Of a stretch of 64,000 nt of DNA, positions 54,593-64,000 are shown in pieces; positions within the stretch are counted from its first letter, which is position 1, and each line of letters begins with the position of its first letter. The translations under genes and the position numbers were made by a program. Under the pieces are notes generated by a model, which was not told the DNA's origin, did no database searches, and was given only the letters and a program-made list of their open reading frames with translations. The stretch comes from Eledone cirrhosa (Eukaryota): positions 141,794,001 through 141,858,000 of the forward strand of contig OZ024741.1 in NCBI GenBank assembly GCA_964016885.1, written 5' to 3'.

Positions 54593-54637
<45 letters not shown>

Positions 54638-56755
54638 ATATATATATATATATCGTATTCGCCTTGGTACTTGGAGACTAGAGCCGAATGCTACCATTCT
54701 ATTATACACCCATTTTCTCTAATAACCGATTTTTTCACTCTCTTGTCATTTGTGTTTGACATGAGATATGTCGGTTGAGTTCCTATGGAGGGGCCGAATC
54801 ATAGAATCTCGACTCCTAGCCTTCATGTAAATTTTTGAATCTGTAGTCAATTGGTTTACATTATGTTGATGACGCGTGAGGATTTCAGTTGCAATTGGAC
54901 TACTGTGTCGCCTGTCGCATTTACTGGAATCGAATGATGTTGATCGATTGGTTATTGATTGGACAAGACCGGCTGATGAAGCTACATGCGCCGATTGTGC
55001 ATTATTGCATAATAAATGCAGACAATGGATGCTGTACGCTCTCTTGCTGCATTAAGTGTGGCCGAGACTCGAGTACGGGTATAAATTTATGGTACCCATT
55101 TACGTGTGTTGTATTGAAGCGAATAACTTTGTGTCTACTCTGGGAATTTTACATAACCTTACCTGTTGAGTACGCTGAGATGCAACCGGTACTAGCTGGG
55201 AAACCTTATGCTAGTCCCGTCAACTTCTTATTATATACATATAGTTACAGAATGGTAATGTGAAAATATATTTATTTCGTGTTGGTAACTGAAAAGTGTG
55301 TCTCTGTGTGTGTGTGCGCGCGCGCACATGTGTGTGTGCGCGCGCGCACATGTGTGTGTGTGTGTGTTAGATATCTGTCGGTTTCGAATACGAGTGTTCC
55401 ATATGATACGATCAACAGAACAACTTTCCCCTGAAAGTAACATTAAGTGGAAGACCATACCACAGGCCCGTGTGCCTCTAACGTAATTCTCGGATAGATT
55501 TCAGTGAGTTAAAACTCAAGTACAAGTGATACGGAGGCCTAATGGTACTCTACAAAACTTCCTAAGTTCCCATTGAGAATGTATAGTTTATCGAAAATAT
55601 ATCCTGAATAATAAATATTACCAGTACCATTTCTCTATAATATAGTGCTGAAATGCTCCTATGCGGAGGAAAACCGTTAAGGTCCCTACTTGTACACTGG
55701 CCCGGTGAAAGGAATCCTATGATTTTATGCAGACCCAACAGCAGTAGTAATCTTAAACGACAAATGTTAGTGTATTCTCCAGTTGATAGATTTTCGGCAT
55801 TTCAGAAAATATTAACATTGTATTTGTTAATTGGAAACCTTTGCTGTAATAATTGTTTCTACTTTTGGCACAAGGCCAGCAATTATTCAAGTGCATTACT
55901 GGTACTTTATTTTATCGACCTCGTAAGGATGAAAGACAAAGTTAACCTCGACGAGATTTGAACTCAGACCATAAAGAGCCGTAACTCTATGCGTCCGACT
56001 CTCTACCGATACTGCCAATTCCGCGCCCTTAAGATTTTCTAACTTAACATTGATTTTTTTAGTAAGAGGGAAGTATTTGACTGGTACATTATTTTGTCAG
56101 ACCTCCGTAAGAATGAAAAGCAAAGTTCACATTGGCGAGATTTGAACTCAGAACTTAGTCTTTACTAAATAACATACTGATGATACTGCCTATCTCCACC
56201 TTACAGTCATGCATAATGTTTCATACATTCATATTTCTCAAATGTAACCCAATTCTTCCAAGTAACATTTCCATCTTCCTAATCATGCTTTCAAATTTTG
56301 CAGATAATTTGTAGTAAACAAATTTAAGTATTCTAATAATTCATTTTTTCCTTTGAATTATTTGTACATTGCAATGTTTAATAAACAACATAAATACAAA
56401 CGACAAACATCTTGTAAACATTTCAATATTTTATGTAACATTGAATATAATTAATCATATTTAAAACAATAGAATAATTTCAAATATGTATTTTGTGAGT
56501 TTTGACATTACTATAATACAATTATCTTCTGGCAGTGAATTAACACTTTCACCAATTGAATGATAATAAATTAGTTATAATACTAAACCCCTTTAAATTT
56601 TTCATTGTGTAACAAAATTATTTGAAAATTGAAGACTGTTTTTCATTAGAAATTGGCAACGAGAAGGTTAATCTCACCAATCTCGGACATGAAACGCCGA
56701 AATTCATGCATCACATGCTTCACCACTGACTAAGCCATAGAAAACATAAGAACAT

Positions 56756-56818
<63 letters not shown>

Positions 56819-57069
56819 TTTGATTAAAATATCCGAATGCTTAAAACATTTAAACATTAGCTGGCATTAACTGGTAGACTGAAATTTTATTTTCTACGTA
56901 GAAAATTGTCAGCGATTTCAAAGTTACAGATGAAGTGGCCTAGCTATGATTACATATATATGGGTGGGTGTATTTCACCGGAAATATATTATCATGCTCT
57001 ACTAGGTTTTGTATTGAGTTCAAGTTATTTGTTTCCAAATAACTGACATTATCATCATCATATATTTTA

Positions 57070-57178
57070 AATATATATATATATTCACACATACATAGAT
57101 TTGCGTGTATGTTCATACACACACACACATACACACAAACATATACATATACATCTAGATGTATGTATATATATATTT

Positions 57179-57253
<75 letters not shown>

Positions 57254-57262
57254 TGTGTGTAA

Positions 57263-57295
<33 letters not shown>

Positions 57296-57338
57296 CATGT
57301 ATATGTATGTATATATATGTATATATATATATATATTT

Positions 57339-57395
<57 letters not shown>

Positions 57396-57430
57396 CCATA
57401 CATATGTATGTATTGCTCTCTCTCTGTATA

Positions 57431-57463
<33 letters not shown>

Positions 57464-57680
57464 CACTTTGTTCTTTGATGCCTTTTATGTTGGTGCCCTT
57501 CGTTTCAAAAGCACAACCATTACATCTACGTGTGTCTATGTGTGGGCTTTTATGTAAGCTTGTTGGGGGTGTAATGTGTGTGAGAGGGAATATGTATATG
57601 TGTGTGTGTGTGCGTGTGCGTGTATGTGTGTGTGTGCCCGCGCGTTTGTGTGTAGGCGTGTGTGTGTGTGTATTTATGTG
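57070..57680. repeat. (TA)/(CA)/(TG)n microsatellite field
   Basis: Direct reading. Confidence 0.9.
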
Positions 57681-58681
57681 CTTGCAATCCATATCATGTT
57701 CAATCGATCTCTGCCTGAAGAACTAATCTTAGCTATATAAATATATCGATATACATAGATTTAAGCAGGGTAGGTGGGTGGATGAATATACGTGCGAGAT
57801 AGTAAGGAGGGCCTAGTATACATATTTTTTATATCTTAAAACTATCTACTGCTACAATATTTCACATATTTATGTTTCTGCTACGATAGATCAGCAAAAG
57901 CAATGAATTGAGTCAGAGAACATTCGGTTAAAGCCTGCTTGCTGTTTAATCCTAGATAACCCAATCATGGCATGACTAGATTATCATTTTATTATTATTA
58001 TTATTATTATTATTGGCGACCTACGTAGTAAATCGTATTATCGTGAGCTCCGCAAAGGTTTGTTATTTTCAGTTGTTTAAAATTGCCATTTATGGGAAAT
58101 TTTTATTGTTAACTGTATATAAGTGCACATACATTGTTTTCTGAAAATGACACTCAAAAAGATTGGGGCCTTGAGCCCAAAATTTAAACTTTTATAATTA
58201 TCAAACAGAAGTTTTTCTGTGAAAGAAATCATGGACGACTCAGTTTCACACCTTCCTCACAAACTAACACCTCACACCGACACCACCATTGTAAATATTA
58301 CTACGTTTACCAACACTAAAAATATAAGCAGTAGCAATATTTTTAATTTGTCTCATGCAGACATTAATTTCCCGCCATTACCAATGACTGCAGGTGTTGA
58401 AGCCGCCACCCCCACCACCACCACAGCGACAACAGAAACAAAAGAAAGAAATTATCTCGTGACATCGAAATGGATTCACCCAAAATGAACTCTTCCACAC
58501 CGAACACCACTGACGCCACCACCACCACAACTGAAACTAAAATTAACAATAACAAATATAACGATAACAACAACAGCATCAATAACAATGAGAATAAGAA
58601 ACCACCCTGTCTTTTGCCAGAGTAGCAAAAAAGTGCGAAGCAATCCAGGTAACTCAGGAGGAATTAGAAGAAGCCAAAAGA

Positions 58682-60163
58682 ATGGTAAAGAAAGATGGGT
58701 ACAGGGTCAGCCTCACCCCCCCCCCCCCCCCACCTAATAAAATGGAGCATCGGCGCCTATGCACCGTGTCTTATCGGACGATTAACATAAAATCGCGCCG
58801 AGTGGAACGGGCATCCGAGTGCCAAATCCAAAAAGCTTTGGGAAATGTGTGGGCAAAAAACCCCACATCAGACGTGGGCAGAAATATGTAACCGTGGACG
58901 TCTTCTTTGGAACACCAGAGGAGGCCAGAGAACACTCCATGGTCCCATTAAGAAGTGATGACTTCACACTCGTCCCAGGCTATTGTGGCCAGAGACTCGT
59001 GAAGATCAGGGTGACCCACGTTCCACCGGCTATCGAAATTCCCTGGCTAATGGCTGCCGTCCTCGCCGGCATCGAGGCCAACACCAAGATAATCGAAATA
59101 GCGAAAGAAAAGCAGGAGAACTGGTCCGGATCTGGGATGGAGCTCCTGATCCAAGCGGACCAAAAAAGCATTGAGGAGATCCCAGAGGTAATAGACCTCA
59201 CTGACGGCAGACACCTCACCGTAATTGTCGAGGGCAGAAGGCCTAGGTGTGTCATTTGTGGTGAAGGAACCCACCTAAGGGCTTTCTGCCCTCAGGCTAA
59301 AAGGTTGAGGCCACCTCTCCTACCCACCCCAGTGACTCAACCATCAGCACCACCAGCAGAAGAGATGGCAGCAACAACTGTAGCAACAACAACAGAAGCA
59401 CATGTAACAGCAACAACCCCAGCAACAGTAGCAAAACCAACACCACCACCACCCAACGCTTCAGAACTAGCACCAGCGCCTAGACCATCCACCACACCAC
59501 AACCAAAACTAACACCTGTGGAGGATTTTCCACTCCCCGGCCTATCACAACTGGAGACAGATTGTGACGACGAGGAGTGGGAAACGGTATCAGGAAAAAA
59601 GAATAAAAGAAACCAAAAAAAAAATTCTCTTCCTTCCCACTCCAAAAACAAAATACAGAGGGAAACAAATAAACTATCAAACAAAAAAGTTAGGACAGCT
59701 ATGCCACCATCCACACCAGCATCACCAACCCCATCACCAAAAACACCAACACCATCACTATCATTAACCCCAACACCACCATCACCAACACCACAAAAGT
59801 CCCCAAAAAGCGAAACAGAAACAAACCCACAACAAACGCAAACAAAACAAAACAACCAAAACGATACACACTACACAGCAATAAATTTGAACAACAACCA
59901 ATTATTACACTACATCCAACACAACACCAGCATCACAGAAAAAGACTACACAACAACCCAAAAGTTCACACCACCTCCACACATACAAATCACTCGCATC
60001 ACACAGAAAACGTACACGACACTGAAACAAAAATTCCCCCAAAGACATCGGAGACTTCCGACAAGCACTCTCTGGGAGAACTTATAAGGACATCCTTCCG
60101 GAGGAGGCCAGAAGCAGTGATAAGGATGGAGAAACCATCCTTCCTCTACGAGAAGTAAGGTAA
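58682..60163 (+). pseudogene. Tx1 ORF1 (frameshifted)
   Basis: ORFs 58682-58891 and 58819-60087 are homologous to ORF1 at 17841. After a frameshift near 60040 the frame ends at AGG TAA (60158-60163). Confidence 0.75.
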
Positions 60164-60197
60164 GTGGTCTTTTCCATCTTTTCCACTTCATTTCAAT

Positions 60198-63100
60198 ATG
60201 ACCTCACTCAGAATAGGCAGCATAAATGCGCGTCGCTTGGGGGTCGTCATGGAAGCAGGGCCACATTCTCAACGACCTCAGGTCACTAAACATAGATGTA
60301 GTGGCCATCAGCGAGACCAGAATCTCCGAAGCACGGGCCTTCGCACCGATCTTCGGCGGCTACAATGTGTACGCATCTCCCAGCCGTCCTGGATCTGAGG
60401 GGAGGAGTTGCTGTGCTTTTTCGGAGAGGTTTGGATCTCGCCATACGGGCCATCTTCCTGGACCCAGAGGGTAAGTTGGTGATGCTGGACATGACCAGCG
60501 GAGACGGGCAAGCTTTCAGACTAGTGGCCGTCGATGCCCCGACAGGAGCAGGGCGGCCTGATTTCTTCCGGCGTCTGGAGACCTCTCTTGGAACGTCCCG
60601 CTCTTTAGTGTTAGTGGGCGACTGGAACGGGATCTTAGATGCACGCTGGGACTGTGTGGGATTAGCGAATAGGGGAGGAGGGTGCAAGAGCCTCACCAAC
60701 ATGCTCAGGCGTTTTGAACTGTCTGACAGGTACCGATTGGATTTCCCGAATGTGCCAATGTGGACTTGGACAAATCGCATAGGGTCATCCAGATCATATC
60801 TAGATAGAGTATTTTGTAGGGAAATAGAGAGGTCTAGCATAGGCTGTCCACAATTCAAGATAGTCAGCTACACGGACCACAAATTCGTGATGTGTGTGCT
60901 TGACTTAGATAGGCTTCATAAACGAGGACCCGGCTACTGGAAGCTAAACGCGTCCTTACCAGGCGCAAGGCCTACAGAGACCGAATTAGCGAACTAGTTA
61001 AGCGGGCATTGACGGGGGCCATCGTCAACAACAAGTCGTGGTTTGCTCTGAAAAGAACGATTAGAATAGAGTCCATTGGCTTTAGTAAGGCTTTAGCAAT
61101 AGCGAAAAATAGAGCAGAGGGAGAACTAGTTAAAAAATTAGACGAGGCGCTTAGCAAAGGCATCGCGACCGACGTGCTTGCGGCGAAATAGGCCCTTGAC
61201 CAATTCTTCAATGCAAAGCACGAAGGCTGTGTTGTTAGAGCTAGGGTGCGTGCTCTCAGACACGAGGGGACGAAAGCCGTTCAATGGGCCCGAGTGGCGG
61301 AGGCGCGTCGTGGCAACAAAGCCACGATCCGGTCTTCGGTGGACCACGACGGGCGCATGCTCCTCGATCCCGGGCAAATGTTTGAAGCTTTTCAGCGACA
61401 CTTCGCACAGCTGTTCTGGGGCAGCGGCGGGCCGGATCGAGGAATGAGCTTTAGTGTCTACCTCGACGGACTGCCGCGGCTCTCGGCCACTGAGGCGGAG
61501 TGTTGCAAAAAGCCGATAACAGCCGCTGAAGTACGGGGGGCAATGACTGGCTGCACAAGGGGTAAATCCCTGGTTTGGATGGTCTGCCCTATGAACTTTA
61601 CGTACAGGTGCCAGACTTGTTCGGAGGCCTCTTGGCGGACGTCTACTGCAACTGGCAACAGAACGGGAGAATTCCAAGCTCTGTGAGCCGAGGAGCTGTG
61701 GCGCTGTTGAGAAAGGATCCTAAATAGGGGGATAACATAGATAATTTCAGGCCCATAACTCTGCTAAATACAGAATTCAAGATTTTGGCCAAGGTGCTAG
61801 CAAAGAGGTTGACGCTTGTCGTTGGTGGTCTGGTGGGAGAGGCGCAGACATGCGCCATTCCCGACAGATCCATCCACCTCATGCAATACATCGTAGAGTG
61901 GGTAGCTAGGGAACCTGGCACAGGTGGGTCCTTGATCAATTTAGATCAGTCGAAAGCTTTCGATAGGGTCGACCATCGTTACCTAGCGGCAGTCCTGAGG
62001 GCGGCTGGATTTGGGCCCGTCTTCAGAAGCTGGATCGCTGCTATGCACAGTGACATCTGCTCTGGTGAGAGTGGTGAGAGTGAACAGTCACCTTTCGGAA
62101 CCGTTCAACATCATGCGCTCGGTCCGCCAAGGATGTCCCCTCTCGTCCCTCTTGTACGTATTGACTCTCGAACCATTACTGCACAAACTGGAGACGTTGA
62201 GGGAGGGGGGGGGGATTCCGCGCGAACTAGGATGCGGAAGATCCGTGTCAGCATATGCCGACGATGCCACCGTAGTGGTGTCGAACGCCAAACACATCGA
62301 GGCGATCGGCACTACACTAAGAGAATACGAAGCGGTGACAGGAGCAATGATCAACCAGGAAAAGTCAGTGGGCCTGCAGCTCGGCACCTGGAGAGGCAGA
62401 TCCATGCCGTCCAACAGCGTCGTCGGGCGCTGGACAGACAGACCAGTTAAATTGCTCGGGGTCTGGTTCGGTCCGGATCTCCAGACGGACAAAAACTGGG
62501 ACGAGGTGACGAGCAGTGTGGCTTCTTTCACCCAGAAATGGGCCGAGAGGAAGGTATCCCTGAAAGGTCGAGCGGAGGTGGCTAACGCGTATATCGCGTC
62601 CGCCATCTACTACCGCCTGACAGTCGAACCTTGTCCTAAGCCCCGCCTGACTGCGCTGGAGCGTTTGCTCTTTCGCTTTTTGTGGAAGGGACGCGCTCCG
62701 ATGGTGAGGCAGTCCATCTGCCGTCAACACCCGCTACGTGGAGGGCTTGGAATGTCGTGGCTGATGATGCGCAGACACGCGCTCAGGCTACGACATCTCC
62801 ACCTCTTCCTCGACGGTGATCAGGTGTGGTCTCCGTTTGCTAGACGCGTCTTTCCCCAACTCGTCTCCTTGACGGAGCTGCACTCCTGGGTCAAGCGAAG
62901 ACCGAGAGGGAGCGCTTGGAGACTGGAATGTCTTCAGGCGCTCACAGCCCTTGACCAATCGGGCAAGGTGATCGGTGGAAACTCCACCTTGGCGTTCTAT
63001 AGAGGATTAGTGGAGGGGAAGAGCGACGACGTACTTGGGGAAACTCTAGGCGTCGACGAAAATCAACTAGCCAATCTCTTCGGAAAAACTTTCGGGCCGG

Positions 63101-63621
63101 AGCCTATGGACAACTTCCAGAAATTCCTGGCCTGGCAGTGCTACCGAGGAGCTTTGCCAGTTCGGGATAAACTCTACAGGCATGGAGGTGCCGTCAGCCG
63201 GGCATGTCCGAGATGCGCGCAGGGCGACGAAACCGTCCTGCACGCACTCGTCCAGTGTCCGAGCATTGCTGACTTGTGGGTTTATGTCGAACACCTGCTG
63301 TCGCGTGTAGGACGGATCCAGCTATCAGCTGAGTCCATCGTGAGGATTGCCCCGCCCTCTTCCTTTAGCCGGGAAGGGCAGGCAGTTTTTATCTGTCTGG
63401 TGGCCATGGCGAAAGAGATAGTATGGTGGACACGTTTGAAAGGGCTGAAGACGAGCACTTACCTCTTCGGTGATGCCCTGATTAACTTTTTCGAATTTCA
63501 TTTAAAAAGGAAAATCAGGGTAGAAAGGGAAGTGCTCTCTTCCCAGCATTTTGTTGAAAGATGGGTGAGAGAGGCAAGAATGGCCCGAGTGAATGGGCCT
63601 ACTCTGAGTATGTGTCTGTAA
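60198..63621 (+). pseudogene. Tx1 ORF2 (APE-RT-zinc finger) with multiple frameshifts and stops
   Basis: MTSLRIGSINAR, LVGDWNG, YTDHK, DQSKAFDRVDH, RQGCPLS, SAYADD and CPRC...ETVLHALVQC are spread over several frames. Confidence 0.9.
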
Positions 63622-64000
63622 ATTAAAGGTGGAAAACTTGGAGAGGGCACTTGCCCTGGTGGTCAGGTCACTGTGGCTTTTTAATGGGCTTTCTCCACGA
63701 ATGTCCCTCGGAAGTCTCCCCCCTATTGGGGAATATTTTCATCGTTCTATTATTACATCCTCTGTTTCTTGTTTTTTACACGCAGAAATGCCCATTTGTA
63801 CCGCCCTGTATTTTCCTGTACTGTCCTTAATGTCTACTTTATGTAGACCCTTGTGGTTAATAAAGAAAGCATTACTATAATTATTATTATTATTATATTT
63901 TTTTATTATTATTATTTCGAAATAAATAGTTTGTGTTTGTCTTTTTTGCGGTTGTGTATGGCTGTTATTGATTGATGGTTTTTAAACTCTGATATTGTAT

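Larger units (their letters stand above)
53926..54600 (+). mobile_element. Retrozyme-like array, inverted right arm: about 2.2 units with 2 hammerheads on the plus strand
   Basis: Reverse complement of the 310-bp unit. It ends in (TA)n at the unit's internal atatatat. Confidence 0.9.
58015..63872 (+). mobile_element. Full-length but decayed Tx1-clade LINE flanked by (ATT)n
   Basis: ORF1 VIVEGRRPRCVICGEGTHLRAFCP. ORF2 fragments are collinear with 19246-22683. (ATT)n lies at 57989-58014 and 63871-63916. Confidence 0.88.

Noticed and set aside
51583-54600. CRISPR array or ordinary centromeric satellite
   Set aside because: There are no unique spacers or cas genes and the context is eukaryotic. 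The short array, internal inversion and ribozyme in each unit argue against a plain satellite.
54970-55010. Hammerhead at ggCTGATGAagc
   Set aside because: No downstream GAAA or stem III at a suitable distance.

Overview
AT-rich eukaryotic, gene-poor DNA, most likely an octopus or other coleoid cephalopod (inferred from the SINE families and the very high (TA)n/(CA)n/(GATA)n density). I could not support any host gene. The window is a mosaic of retroelements: two R4/Dong-type RLE LINE fragments in a (TAA)n tract, three Tx1-clade LINEs (one with an intact ORF2), RTE fragments, several Penelope-like elements (PLEs) including a near-intact Naiad-type RT/GIY-YIG ORF, many tRNA-derived SINEs, a MITE pair and a mariner relic. 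The outstanding feature is at 51583-54600: an array of apparently identical 310-bp non-coding units, about 7.6 in one orientation followed by about 2.2 inverted. Each complete unit carries a canonical type I hammerhead ribozyme (CUGAUGA...GAAA-CGCG-UA) inside a highly base-paired unit. This is the architecture of a non-LTR retrozyme expected to yield 310-nt circular RNAs, and it lies 1.7 kb from the Naiad PLE. Several more distinct hammerhead or hammerhead-like motifs and many fold-back palindromes occur elsewhere. All motif calls and coordinates were read by eye, and no searches were run.
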